From Camelus dromedarius (taxonomy: Eukaryota), in the NCBI RefSeq assembly GCF_036321535.1, contig NC_087436.1, positions 109,618,001 to 109,682,000 on the forward strand: a stretch of DNA of 64,000 nucleotides, given 5' to 3'. Shown here one piece after another: positions 26,401 through 40,500 of this stretch; positions within the stretch are counted from its first letter, which is position 1; each line of letters opens with the position of its first letter. The position numbers and the translations under genes were made by a program. The notes beneath the pieces were generated by a model. The model did not search any database and had not been told where the DNA came from. It worked only from the letters and a program-made list of their open reading frames with translations.

Positions 26401-26655
26401 CCTGATATTTTTTTCTGATTTATGGCATAACTTTCCAAAAGGCACTAGTAGCGCCAGAACCATGTGGAGATAGCAGTGCTAGTTTGTTGGTTATTCTAGT
26501 CATTACATATCTTATAAAGGTATATTTCTCCAAATTACTAAAAACGCAAACAAATTCATTTAACCCTTTGATTTTATTCTGTTGTATAGATAAAGGTTAA
26601 GGCAGTTGTTATAGTCAACATATATAATTCTGTAACTTTGTACGGTTCTGCCTTC

Positions 26656-26666
26656 ACACACCACAG

Positions 26667-26695
<29 letters not shown>
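26656..26695 (+). repeat. (CA)n microsatellite
   Basis: acacacacacacacacacacacacac. Confidence 0.9.
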
Positions 26696-26698
<3 letters not shown>

Positions 26699-27879
26699 GA
26701 GCAACAACAAAGCAACAATGAAAACATATATTTATGACCAAAATAAATATTAACATGGGCTATGCGCTCTAAGCAAAGGCTTTCCCTGAAAATGTAGGCA
26801 AAGTGAAAAGATAAGATTTTATATTACTCTGACAACTTGATGGAGAGTCAGAAGTTATACGGAAGGTCATAGGAAATTGAAAAAATTGCTACCAGCTATT
26901 TTCACCATCCCACAGAAAGCGAGAGAACGCAGAGGTCTCCCAGATAGTAAACTAAAATTAATTACTGCCTACATTATGACACAGTTAATGTACTGCTTAA
27001 TTAATAAGGAATTATAAGAAAATACACAAATGAAGAGCAGAAATAGCAATGTAATTAATTCTTTCTATAATTCTTAAATTAGAATGAGGAAAGATAGCAA
27101 TGAATTGATGCATTTGTATTGTGAATGTAGTGTATGGAATAGACTTCCCATAAAAATTGTCTGAATTGGGTTTGACATTGATGATGCTTCAGAATCACAT
27201 TGTCCCCTTCAGATGTGATATTATGAGTTACTAAAGTAATGAAACCTCCTTGTTTATAGAAAATGAGATTTAAAAAGTATCCAGACTGCTTCCTCAAATT
27301 ATAATGCTGTTTCTGGCCAATGAACAAAAATTTGAAAGTATTTATATTTTAACTAGAATTTTTAAGTTTCATATGCAATGCTGAGTATGGAAGCCATATT
27401 TCAAATAATTCATGAACACAGACTTGTTTATTTGAAAGGATCTAAAGATAATTGTAGAATCTTGAAGACAAAAAGGAGATTAGAGACTAGAAAAAAAAAG
27501 GGAATCTATACTTGACATGGAAGTGGAATAGAAATCATAATATTAGTGAGGACTTTTGGTTGATCTTACTTAGAATATAGCAAATATTTAACAATTGGTA
27601 TAGCATCAAATCAGAAGCTGGGCTTACTCTGAGTTAAGTTGGAGACTGGTTTATTTCCAACAGCATAGTGTGGAGACCCAAGAGGATTTTCCAATGAAGG
27701 GACTGGGAAGATTAGGATGGCTAAAGATACGGGACTGTTTTAATATTTTAACAACTGGTACTGTGTACTGGCTAGTTGCTAACCCTGGCTATACCTTATT
27801 CAATGTTCATAATAAAGCAAGCTCGAGTGTTGAGGACCCAGCTTCACATATGTATGGAATTTGATGTGGAATCCTTCCA

Positions 27880-30100
27880 TGGTCCTCAAATCTAAGAGGA
27901 TGTTATTCCCTCTCTGGAATCCAAAAATCCCCACTCACCAGCCTAGGATTCTGGCCTGGTAGTAAGCCTTACCCCTGAGCCACTAATGGAAACCATCCTG
28001 AGGAGAAGTCAGAACACCCAGCAAAACCACATATGTGTATTGAACCTCAAATCATTTATGCAGTGTGAAAACCTCAAGCTTGGAAACTAATCTAAAACTG
28101 GCCTGAAAATAGAAATGCCTGTAAAAATTTTGTAGAGATATTAAAAAGCATTTCTTAAGGATGTCTCCAAAAGCTGGGGAAAACATGGGATTCTCATGAG
28201 AGAAAATCTCCACTTAATGCAATAACAGACAGAATAACTCTGCATCCAAGAAAATCCACAACCAGAGATTGTCATCTTATTCCAAGTGGAAGAATTCATG
28301 TTTGCAGAACTAAAGATAAATGGGCACTCTGAACTGAATTTTAAAATAAATACATTAGAATTGTAAAAGAAGCTAAAGTACTAACATATTCCTAAAGTAA
28401 TAACAATATATAATTTTTTAAAAGAATAGATTGATTTTTTTGAGGGGGGCATAAAGAACCAAGCAGAGATTCTAGAAAAAAATGTAATCACTGAAATAAA
28501 TAAAAGAAAAAGATCATATGATAATTTTCATAAATGCTGAGAAGAAATTGAATATCTGTTTTAGGTAAAACATGCAATAACATAGTAGTCAGTGAATTCT
28601 TAAAAAAATATGTATGTGTATACATTCACACACACACTCACATATACAGTCATAACTGAGCCAAAAAACAAATGTCATACTACTTGAAACACTGGACATA
28701 ATCTTTTCAAAGTCCAAAAAATGAAATAATCATAATGCCCACTATGACCAGCATCCATTCTATTCTGTTCTAATATGCACATTTTAAACCTGTTCACATT
28801 TTTAATGTGAAATGTGCCTTGAAATAAATGATGTCTAAATAATCTGTCACAGTTTTACTGACATAAGTTTTTCTATCTTAGTAGTAGGTAAATTCATGAT
28901 ATATTTTAAAGTCAACAGTGTCTCATGCTTGAAGGAATCTTGTGTTTTACGTTGCTGATGAATTATTTGCCATATTATTAGCCAACGCAATTAGACAAGA
29001 CAAATGGACCAAGAATAAGAATTGCAGCAGAGCAGATACGATCACTATAGAGATCATTTACTTCTGGAAAACTTAGGAAAATTAACAACAAGGTAACCAT
29101 TTAGAGAGTAAAACAAAAAGATCCCTTTCTCATTCTTTATAACAAACATAGTCTGAAAAAGATTAAATATACAAGATATGAATAAAAATTTGGGGGATAA
29201 TCTAGGAACAATAGCAAGAAGTCTGAATAACTAGTGTAAAAATACCATCTAAATATTAGAATTTCTTAACAATGGAACAAGTCTCTCAAGATTGTGGTGA
29301 ACAAATCATCATTTGAAATATTGAATATGAAACTGCACTGATACCACCTAGTAATTCCAGGGAGAGAACTCTAGTTTTGCACTGGATGGGATCCCTTACA
29401 GTACAATATCACTGATGTTCACGGGCCCTCCATGAAGGCGGTAGAATGAGAAGGTTCCAGTTTAAAATGGTAGACTGAGCGTATGTGTTTATATCTCTCT
29501 CACCCATAACCCTCTGACTTTACATTAAAAAGTTACAATGAGAATGAGGCACATTGTTGGTGGGAAGGTTTCTCTTGTCAGTTTCTTACCTCACTGAGCC
29601 AGATATAGCAAAACAGTAAGCCTTTCCAGTAGACCTGAAGTCAGCAGGATTTCTGAAACCCTATTTCCTTCACTTAAAATCAAGTCCTTAACCCATCTGT
29701 AGCTTGTATAAGAAATGAAGTAAGGATTTTCTCTTGTTCTACTTATGTAAATTACAATATTCTAACAGCATTTATTAAGTAAACCATTATTTTTCCATTG
29801 AATTGAAATGACAATAGTTGACCTTTACCAAGTTTATTTATATGTATATTTCAATCTATTCTTAGACTACTCTTTCCCACTGATCTATATGTTCTTTTTG
29901 TATCAATATCATTGTGTTTTGATCACAGTGCTTTAGAATATTTAGTATAAGCCCCCTTATACTTATATCTTTCATACTATTATTGGCTTCTCTGATATGA
30001 AGTATTCTAAATAAGTTTAAAATTATTTTGCCTAACAGGTAAAATAAGATTGTTATGGAGTTGTAACACGTAATTTTGATGTAGAATTATCAATTTTATT
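27880..30100. mobile_element. Patchwork of ancient L1 (L1M/L1ME-like) fragments
   Basis: catatgataattttcataaatgctgagaag and agccaacgcaattagacaagacaaa are ORF2-like; an antisense fragment lies near 29760-30000. Confidence 0.5.
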
Positions 30101-31822
30101 TTATTTCTTCTTATTTATTTTATGAATTCATTTATTTATATATTATTTATTGTATTATATAATATTGCATATCATGTTTATTCCCTGTGCATCAACCACC
30201 AATATAATAAAAATAAATACCATTTAAACATAATTTTAAATGCAGACAGACATGTACATTTAATTGGGAAGGAAAAGTAAGTCAGACATACCAAGGTGTA
30301 AACCCTGCCATTTCCATGCCCTTGCTGTGTACAACTTTGTAAGTTGATTTACCTCTCTGTGTCAATGTAGTTGACAACCTTTCAGAAAGCATCTTTGTTA
30401 CACTCCTTAGATTTTATAAAATTTTATAATCATATTCCTCCTAGAATAGCAGCATTAATGATACATGATAGAGTTTCTTTAGCTGAGTATTTTTTGAAGA
30501 AAATTCCTTTCTTCGTTTGTTGAGATAGTCTAAAATCTCTGTTGCCAAGTCCTCAGAGAGATGGGTAACTAGACTGTGTCATTTTAGCCTTTGTGGAGTA
30601 TTATTAACGGAATTGCACTTTAGCATTTGGCTTTTTGTTTACCTTGGAGGGACATTATAATAAATGATGCTAGGAAATCCACTGCTGTATTTACTGTAAG
30701 GATATTGTTGATTGTCTTGTTCAAACTTTCTTCTATAATCACAATACCAACAATAGTTCAGCTCTCCCTGAATTATTGGTTGGCGAGTAGTGTTAGGGAT
30801 TTATTTTAATTTTGTAATTGATTAGTTTCTCTTCGCATTGGCTAGTAGAAAGCTCAAAGACAATATTTTGCAGACGGAAAGCAAATTTTGCACATAAACC
30901 TAAATAATGTTTTTGTTTGTTTGTTTTCCTACATTATTTTCTCCTGCCTTTTTATCTTCTCTGGCTATATTTTACATCTGTTTTTAAGCCACCTAAAATC
31001 AGTTTTCAAACAAAGGAAAGGCATGAATACACAAGTATATAAATAAATGAAACCATTTTTCTTAGCCCCAGTTCCTTCAAGTGAGGCATCTCTTCCTCTA
31101 GTGCATGTCTCTGCTTATTGAGGCTATTCTTGATCTTTCTTTAAAAGACTGCACCCACATTACACACTCTATCCATCTTTCCCACTTTATTTGTTTCCAA
31201 AAGATTCACCATCTTCTGATAATCTAAACATATTTTGTTAATGTTTATTTTTGTATCCTTCCATTAGATTATATTTTCATGTTGACTGCTTAAAGTCTAA
31301 AGTGATTGGCACCAACTAGGTGCTTAAATAAAATTTACTTAAAATCAGTTTCAAAGTAGTTCCAAAAATAGTATGACATGTTTTGAAATGACCAGTACAG
31401 TGCCCAGTACACTGACTTCTCTTTCTACTCCTTTGCATTTAGAGAAATCATAGTCAGTAAGGCTCTGGCTCTTATCTACTTTGTTAAACTTCCCAGATTT
31501 TGGGCTCTTATTTCAACCACAAATGCCAGTCTTGGAGGACAATTTTTATTCAAGATTCAAAGATGTAGTTCTTTAGACTAATAATGAACTATAATAATAT
31601 TTATCATTAGCTGTATGATGGCAGGAAGCATATCCCTTTTGCTCACTCGTATACCTACATCTTGGCAGTGATTAACAAAAAGCTGAGGAATACCTATTTT
31701 GATGAATAATGAATGAATAATTATAATAGTACTTTTCTTAAGACTTTATTATGTTCTTATAATTCTGATAAACACGTTAACTAATATCTATTTTAATTCC
31801 TTACATAATAATGTGAGTTGAA

Positions 31823-31963
31823 GGAGGAGCAGGTATAACTCAGTGGTAGAGTGTGTGCTTAGCATGCATGAGGTCCTGGGTTCAATTCCCAGTACTTCCA
31901 TTAAATAAATAAATAAACAAACAAATACATAAATAAATACATACCTAATGATCTCTCCCTCAA
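31823..31963 (+). mobile_element. Full-length tRNA-derived SINE (camelid Vic-1-like)
   Basis: Pol III A box (tataactcagtgg) and B box (ggttcaattcc, 31879-31889), (TAAA)n tail, perfect 16-bp TSD aataatgtgagttgaa at 31807-31822 and 31964-31979. Confidence 0.95.
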
Positions 31964-31999
31964 AATAATGTGAGTTGAATACTGCTATCATCCAACTCC

Positions 32000-32150
32000 C
32001 TCCATTGCTATCCCAGTTTTACAACTGAGAAAACTGAGGCTGAGAGACACTAAATAATAAGTTTCATGAACTGACACAGGAAATATTCACAGAGCTGGGA
32101 CTTGAATCAAGAGGTTTCTGATTTTAGATGCATATGTTCAAATTTCAGCA
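32000..32150 (-). mobile_element. MIR SINE
   Basis: cccagttttacaactgagaaaactgaggctgagag...agagctgggacttgaatc. Confidence 0.75.
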
Positions 32151-32918
32151 ACATTACTTTGGATGTGGCCTCTATTCCTCTTTCATGCCAAGTATATTTC
32201 TTTTGTGTATCATCTTAATTGTCTGCATCCTTCAGTAAAATCGTAGATAGCCCTGTTTGTGGATATTAAAGATAAGTGTTAGTGCTGCAAGTTTCTCTTT
32301 TCCAAGAAAAAAAAAAAACTTAAGTTGTTATAAAACTGACTTTTGATCCTTTTAGATTGTCTGATAAGCCACGTATAAAGCTTGAGCTAATCTTTTCTGA
32401 AAGCTTTTTGGGCAAATTGCTGTTAACACTCAGGTCTGACAGTTTAATGCTATTACACTACAAAATATATGTTCTTTCCCAAAATAAGCATGTTTTATAA
32501 TAGCAATACAGATGTCGTCAAGGGGCAAGGTTATCGGGAGATAATTAGACTCCAGAGAGATTACAGGCTCTTAGATCATGAGAGCACTATTGCAATCCTG
32601 CCTTATTAAATAATTGTAAGAAAGTCAAAGTCAACTATAAATACACACATTTCCCTGTAATTACTTTTAAAAGTACAAAACCAAGGTATCTGCCAATGTG
32701 CAAAGACGATAGGGCCTCTCTCTCTATTACCCTATAATGTCTAAATATAACCTAGAAAACTTGACTTTCAAACTGAATTTGAAATAAGAATGTGAAAGAA
32801 AAGGCACCTCTTCCTTCCTTTGCTAACATTTTTAGGTTAACTGTTTTAAGGGCATTTTTAAATCCTGGCAAATGAATGACTGGGTTCCAAGAAATAATCT
32901 ACCCACTCTACTTCATAC

Positions 32919-33664
32919 AGTTGCTGAAACACGGCCTCCATACCCCGCTTACAAAATTGAGTCACAAAGACAGAGTTTTGGATGAAGTAGAAAAGGCAAC
33001 TTTATTTCTTTGCCAGGCAAACGAGGTCACACCACTGTGCCTCTAAGACTGTGAGGCTGCTGGAGAGAGAAGGCAGGGGGTTTCATAGTAAAAGTTCAAG
33101 AGTTCAAAGAGTAAAGCTAGTTTCCATAGAGATTGCATACAGGGTAACAGATTGTTGCAAAGTTGTTCTTGTTTTTGCAGATGTCGTGGTCCCCTTCCCT
33201 CTGCTGGGCATGAAGTTCACCTGCAGCTTTGGGACTCTCTTAATATTTTTGTACCTAGAACAAAGGAAGCATAAGAAAGGGCTCCCTGGAAAAGAGCTCT
33301 AGAGAAAAATACGTGCAGTTTAAAGTCAGGTTGATAAATGCTTTCAGCCTTTTAAGTAGGCTGAGGCCTGGGATTTTCTGCTGCAGGCTGAGGCCTGCAA
33401 CTTGAACAACAGGATACAAAGAAACCACAAGGGATCAGGAGCAAGGCACTGGGAGCAAGAGCAGAGCACTGAGCATGATCCCTGCACACAGCACCATGAA
33501 GGGGTTGGGTGGACCACACAAGCCTCCTTCCTCTCCAGACCAACCCTGGTCAGCAAGAGCATAAGAAAAAAACCTTTGAACCATTTTACAGTTAAGCAGT
33601 TACAAGCACCATTACAGATATCAGATGGTCACTGATGATGACAATAGGGTCCTGCTCAGTTACA
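32919..33664 (-). mobile_element. ERV1-type solo LTR
   Basis: Minus strand starts tgtaactgagcaggaccc; poly(A) signal at 33001-33006 (tttatt); perfect 4-bp TSD ATAC at 32915-32918 and 33665-33668. Confidence 0.88.
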
Positions 33665-34744
33665 ATACTCCATTTAAAAAATAATGGTAAAACCTAACTA
33701 CATGCAGTTCTCCAAAAATAAGTTTCTGTGTATTTGCACATAATATTCCCTTGTTCTGAAAGATCTCTGCCTCTCCCTATACTAAATTTGTCAACTAGAA
33801 GTTGATATCAACTTGAGAAATTTCTACAAATTTATTATAAGTTGTTTTTAAAAAATCTTCTCCCACTACCCCTAATCACCCTAATTTCCTTAACATGAAT
33901 ATGTTTAAATATTTTTCCTCTGATGTTCCAATAACATCTTATGATTTATTTTATTAACACAGTTCTCTGATTATATTACATTGTATATTCACACGTTTGT
34001 CCACAGTAGACTAAAAGCAAGGAGCATAAGGCCCCAGTTACTTCCACAGTGTTTAATCACAAAGCATTTTCTCAATAAATATTTATTAAATAAATGACTG
34101 AAGAAATTAATAGGTAAAGTTGTCCAAAGCAGGTAAACAGGAGCAACTATCCTAAATAAGGGGAATTATATTCCCTAGATAACACGTCCACTGGTAACTG
34201 CTTCTGTCCTCTGTCCCAGAATGATGCTTTTAATTATGTTCTTTCAAGCACAGTTATATATTTAAGTGGACATTTTGGAACATTTAGATTTACATTCCTA
34301 TGCAAGCAGCTTCCATTTACACTTAATCTCCCTAAGGGACTGGGTTTCTCCCTTTTGGTGCCCCATCCCCAGTTCCTAGACACTGTTTGGTACAAAGCAG
34401 TCAGTGTGTGACTTCAAACACATAAGGATTATTTTCCATCTGTTTCTTTTAAAGCATTTACATAACTTTCACAGGGTATCACAAATAATTAGTGACAAAA
34501 CTAAAATTCAAAATAAGATCTTCTGTATTCAAATATGTGCATTTTCCATGAGATTCTTTCCAGTTGTCAATCAATCTCAGTTCATACAACCATACCAAAA
34601 TTGTTTGTTGCTTATCTTTGTACTTGACCTTTTCCAGAATCTCAAGAGAAATATCTGTGAAGTGTCTCCTTCCTTTAGGTTCTGGATGCAATTTATACTT
34701 TCAAGATTCTGAAATCCTACCCTAATCAAGACACTGGATATTTC

Positions 34745-34890
34745 TTTTTCCTTTCCCCCACAGCTTTACTAAATATAAATAAAATGGTATATATTTAGAG
34801 TATACAATGTGATGGTTTAATATGCATATACATTGTGAAATAATTATATTAATTAACATATTTATCACAGTTTTTTTTCTTCTGTTGACA
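34745..34890 (-). mobile_element. L1 3' end fragment (L1MA/MB-like)
   Basis: tatatttagagtatacaatgtgatggtttaatatgcatatacattgtgaaat. Confidence 0.65.
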
Positions 34891-35319
34891 ATACATCAGT
34901 TACCTAGCAGAAGGCATTGCATATGAAATCTTTTAAGGTCCATGGGATCACTGAATAAGCCAACAGAGATTACAAAGGATAGTGTTGTCTCATTTTTTGC
35001 TATGACAATGTACTTTTCAGAGTCTATGCTAATTGCATATTTGTTGTTCAAAAGTGTGTTCATTCAACTATTCACTATATTCCTTTTTAATTCCACATTC
35101 AATCAACAAGAATTTTTTTACTTTTATATTTTTAAGGGCTTCACTTAAAATTTTAATAGAAATTTAAATATACGTGTAAGAAAAAACATTTCTATCATGG
35201 TTTTGAAGCTTGCTTTCTGGTGATTGAACTCTTTATTATTCTGAGTTGTGATATTGAGAGCTTCTCCAGCCATAGAAGAGAGAAGAAATATCTTCCAAAG
35301 GTAGATTTTCCAGAAGTAT

Positions 35320-35757
35320 TTATATTAGTCAAGATAAGATAAGTTGTGCTCTAAGAACAAATAAGCCCATGAATCTTCATGTCTTAGCAGCATCAAAAAG
35401 TGTATTCTTTGTTTATGTTGCATATCTAACGTGGGGGTTGAGGTAGAAAAGTGAAGTCTGCTAGATGTTATCTCTCAGTTACTAAGGCTATCAAAGCTAC
35501 ACAACATTGTAGTGGTATCATCTGGACCATGGGAACCCTGGGCTGGCTATGGAATGGGAAGAGACAGCATGGAGCTCACATACCAGCTCTTAAATGCCTG
35601 AACCTTGAAGTGACACATTGATACTGCTCACATATCTTTGTATCTTTGAGTCTTTGGCTAGAATTAGTCATAAGGTCCCAAAGTAACTGTAAGGAAGGGT
35701 AGGAAATATGAAGAAGCAAATAGATATTTATTGATCCAAAAAATGCCTTTGCTACAC
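35320..35757 (-). mobile_element. Old MaLR LTR (MLT1J/K-like)
   Basis: attagtcaagataagataagttgtgct...ctcttaaatgc...gaagtgacaca...ttggctagaattagtcata...tgctaca. Confidence 0.65.
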
Positions 35758-37024
35758 CAACCTTTGAAGCTTATTTTGAAGCTTATTTAACCTAATCTAA
35801 TCAGTGAGCCTAAGGACAAATTTTTCTAACGTGTAGATTTGCTAGTAATTTAGCTCCCAGTTCGTCAACATACAAGGTAAAAGTTTTAGATAATGGTGCT
35901 AAACATGGTTCATCCTAGTTGTTGAGTGACAAAAACAAAACAAAACAAACAAACAAAAAACCCCACCATATTGTAAATGTCATGTGATAGTATCTTAAAA
36001 AAATGTAAAATTTAATATTTAGCACTTTTTTATGTAAAATATTCAAACATCAATCAAAACTCTCCCTCTTTCTTTTTCCTCCCTTCAGTAAACAGAATCT
36101 TAGCTAATGGTTTGATGGAAATAAATGACTCCCATACACATCATTTAATGGACCAAAGGGTTTATCCTGAAAAAGATAAGAATTTTGACTGCTCATAAAT
36201 TCTATCATGTTTTAGTAAGAAAGTTTTCATATTCATCTTTAGATGAATAAATGGCAAAAAACTGAATTATGATAGTAGATGTTATCTGCTCCCCCCAGAC
36301 TGATAATTTTGTGAGGATTTTTTCTTTCATTCTTTCATTCATTCAGTAACAAAATAATTATTATTAGCTATTGGATGCCTACAATATGCCAAGCTTTGCT
36401 CTCACTCTGAAGATATAGTCTATAAAACAGACATGTTCCTTGTTCTCATGGAGCATAAATTCTAATGTGGAAGGACAGAAAATAGTAGAAATTCAAGAGT
36501 CATACTGAGAAGAAAATAAAACAAATAAAATATGGCAATGGGACAGAGTGACTGGTAAACAATATTCAAAGATATGTAGTTAGTCAATATAAAGGAACAA
36601 AATGGAGGCTATTTGATTTGGCATTTTGAGATTTTATTGATGGCCCTGGCTGGGCTGGGGTATGGGGATAAATAATATTGCAACTCACTGAGTAAAATAT
36701 AAAGAAATGGTGTCAGTGAGCAGAGGATGCTCTTTTAAGGAGGATGATTATAAAGAAATAAGTCAGTTGCTTGTGGAAGAGGCAATGTTGAAGGTAGGAC
36801 TTTTTAAATTTTTGTTTTCTTACAATTCACCTCTTAATGAATCATTATTTATTTCTTATGGCACTTCTGTTTTTGTTTTCTTTTCTTACACTTTGTTTTG
36901 GTAAAAATATTAGCTCTGATAGAGAGATAGCTCATATTTACTGAGTTCTTCCTATGAGTCTGACAATGTCATAATAATTATTCCAACAATCTAATGAATT
37001 GTCAACATTCCTTTTTACCCATAT

Positions 37025-37583
37025 AGCTGGTAGGCTGTTAAAGTGATTCCTATGACTCCTGCCTCATGGAATTCAAGTGCCGTTGTGTGATCTTGAGTGT
37101 CAATGGAACCCATCGGATAGTGGCAGATATAAGGGGATGTACATAATTACAGGTCCGTGATTATATTACATTAGGTTGTAGCATCTGTCTCACCAGAGTC
37201 TCCTCTCTCTTTCTGGCTTTGAGGAGGATGAACTCCACATTGGGAATCCCATGTGGCAAGGAGCTTCAGGTGGCTTCTAGGAGATGAGAGTGGCCTCTGG
37301 CCAACAATTAGCAAAAACCTGAGATCTTCAGTTGTAAACCTACAAGGAACTAAATTTTGCTAACAATCTGAGTGAGTATAGGAGCAAATCTGAGACTAGT
37401 CATGCCTCAGATAAACCTAGGAACCAGTCCCCCTTGACTGCAACCTTGGGAGTCACTAAGAAGAGGACCCAGCTGAGCTATGCCCGGAATCTTGCCCTGC
37501 AGGAACTGTGAGATAAGAAATGTGTGCAGCTTTAAGCTCTGAAGTTTGCGACAATTTGTTATCCAGAAACGAAAAACTAAAAC
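37025..37583 (+). mobile_element. MaLR LTR (MLT1E/F-like) inserted in a MIR
   Basis: tggtaggctg...ggctttgagga...cccatgtggcaaggagct...gaactgtgagataagaaatgtgtg...aaaactaaaaca; MIR-like halves at 36930-37020 and 37590-37700. Confidence 0.8.
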
Positions 37584-40500
37584 AACTTACAAGGAAATTT
37601 AGAAAAAAAGAATTTAACAAAAAATCAAACAATTAGTGGTGGAACCAGAAATAGAACTCTGAGTTTTAACGGCAAAGTCCTCACTCTTAACCACCAAGGT
37701 CTACTATCTCTGTATCAGAGGACAGATAAGCTATTTCTTGTTTAAGGGAAGCAGCAGTGTCCTACACCAACCATGGCTTTGGAGCAGAAAGAAAGTTATC
37801 ATGATCTTGGCTTTGCCAATCACTATAATTTAAAGGCAAGTTGCTAAACTCAGGCTTGTTTTCTCATTTGCAAAGTAATATCAATTTTAGAGTATACTTA
37901 GAGGATTACAGTATGTGTTATATATAAAAGGCCTAAAACCACATAAAGACCTAATAAAATTTTTTAAATTTTTATTTTATTCTCCCATTGTATATGTTTG
38001 AGTTTCCTAATGATAGAATGAGCAATTTCAACAATACCCTAGAATCTATTTTGTTTGTCCTAAGGAAGCCAACACTTCTCTGAATGTGACATTGGCTTTC
38101 TAATGATATCTATCTTAACATAGGTGAAAGATAGAATTACATGCTCTAAGACTACATCCTAATATGACATGCTAATAGCCAAGTAGGAAATACATCTTGG
38201 CTGGCTCTTCCTAAAACCCAGAGAGCTGGGAGGAGGCAGTGATGAAGGAGTTAAAAGAGGCTGCTGTTGGCAAGTTCTCTTTAAATCAAGTGACTGTTAC
38301 CAACAATAGAGAACTGGTAAGGGTGGGGGGCTGGTGATAGCAGGCGGAGGTGAAATAAATAGTTCTCCCCAGCACAGATCTCACTTCTATAAGCAAGAGG
38401 GGACTGGCAGACAGTTATAAAGGGTCTTTTATGCAAAGCATTTCAAGGGCTATGATGAAAATACACTATAAAATACACTCTTAGCATATTAACCAATCTA
38501 GCTCAGCCTAGACAAATAAGAGCATTTTCAATTTGCTCTTAAAAGTCTCGAGGGAGCTGGAAAATTCTTACAGCCACAGGGGAAAAAAAAAAAAAAGGTG
38601 AGTTTGAATGCAGTCTGAAGAAAATATTCTTGCCTTATTGAATCAAGTTGAACAGGGACCACAACTGGAAAGCAAATCCCTGAAGATGGATGTTATACAA
38701 GAGGCAAGAGTCTCTGAAAGGGAATTGAGGTCTTGGTTGTAGAAATCTCTGCAGATCAGGGATGAAGTCTGTAAATGAGCCAGGGGTCTGAGAGAAAAGA
38801 AAGACCACTCCATTAAATGCAGACCGTAAATACAGCTGGGTCCCAGGGAAGACCCTCACGAGTCCCAGTGTGTCTGGAGTTAGATGTTAGTGCTGGTGGA
38901 ATGTGTGCAAACCTAGTATCTGAATCCTGCACTTGAAACTCTGACAAAGGATTGACTGACTTTCACTTTTCCACTAAATTCTTAAGCACAATAAGAGCCT
39001 AGATTGCAGATCAAAGGCAGAAAGGTATGTAGCAGAAAAGAACAACAAACAAAAGGGCTTCAAAACAAAGCTCTGCATTTTTCAGAATTTTGAATTATCT
39101 CCACCAGCTAGACATTGACTCGATTAATTTTTTGGAAAAGGCATATTGAGCTACGTCCTTCATATTCATATTCAGAGAGATGATTTTATTAGGACTTCCA
39201 AATGAAAGTACCAAAGTGGAAGCCTGGAATAATGTACTGAATAGTAAAACAAATGTGAGACTATTACTGTGTTTTTTTAATGAGTTGTAAAATAATGATG
39301 GATTATCAGGAGAAATCATCATTTACCGTATGTCTTTATTTTGAATTGTTTTGCTATTCATTTTACCTTCAACATATATTGAGAATCCGATCATTTCTCA
39401 TTGCTTCCATTACTACCACGCTCATTCATTATATCTCTTTCTGGAACTATTGCAGTAGCCTTGTGATTTTCTTCAGGTCTCTAAATTTAGCCCCTTAAAT
39501 TTCATTCTCTATATGAAATACAGATTGATACTTGCAAAATACAACTTATGTTACATTATTCTTTTGCTCAAAGTCCTCCAATGGCTTGGCATCCCATTTA
39601 AATAAAATCCAAATCCTTTACCTGACTTGCAATGCTTTTCACGATCAGACCCTGCAACTTCGTTGGTTCCATCTCCTGACACTCTCATCCTTTCCTGGAC
39701 CTTATATCACAAGAAAAATAAGTGATAGAATCAGGTTTCACCCCTGTGTCTTTTTACTACACAATACTGCCTCTAACCACAACATCCTTTTCTCAGCAAT
39801 GGCATGTTTGATCCCAATCATCACTTTTGTTTTTCTAAATATTTCAGGACCATCTGTATGCTAAATAATTTATTCTAAAAATTTACCTGGGATCAGGGTT
39901 AAGCTTTTGTTTTGGAAATCAAATGTTTATTGCTTATAGACTTCTGATGTCTTTGAACTTCTCCATGATTCTTCATAAACCGTGCATACAGTATGTCCCT
40001 CAAAAGTATTTAAATGCATTGTTCTCCACCCTCAGATTTCCTTATAAACATAAAAATGAAAAGTGGGAGTGGGAATGTAACAATTGCTGAATGTCACATC
40101 TGCTGTGATGCTAATCAATCCAAACTACAGCTACTCTCTTCCCTGGTGGTAAGAGTTTGACCATCTATCGTTAGAGACCACGACTCCTTTCTAAGTTATG
40201 ACCATCTGGTATTGGTTGCAGTGAGGCCAACCCCATGGTAGTCATTCTCCAGGACGAGCGTTTTCAAAATCCATCTTGCTGTACATCCCAGTTATTCTGG
40301 TGACAGCTCAGACTTGCAGCATTTCAGTCCACCAGTGCTCTCCCATGGAATGCTCATTCCTGTAGTGGTATGAACTTCTCTTCCACTAATTAAATCACTG
40401 CCCCTAACTTCTCTAAATGTTGTTTTCACCCTGGACCTTCTGTTTTCCATTCAGTGTGTGCCTTGAATGCTCCTTTTAACTTTATGCCTTTTATTCATTG

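Noticed and set aside
31823..31900. tRNA gene
   Set aside because: A/B boxes are present, but the AT-rich tail, 16-bp TSD and sibling copies mark it as a SINE.
38410..38500. TATA and CCAAT promoter
   Set aside because: CCAAT lies downstream of the TATA, there is no CpG island or downstream gene, and both motifs are common in AT-rich DNA.
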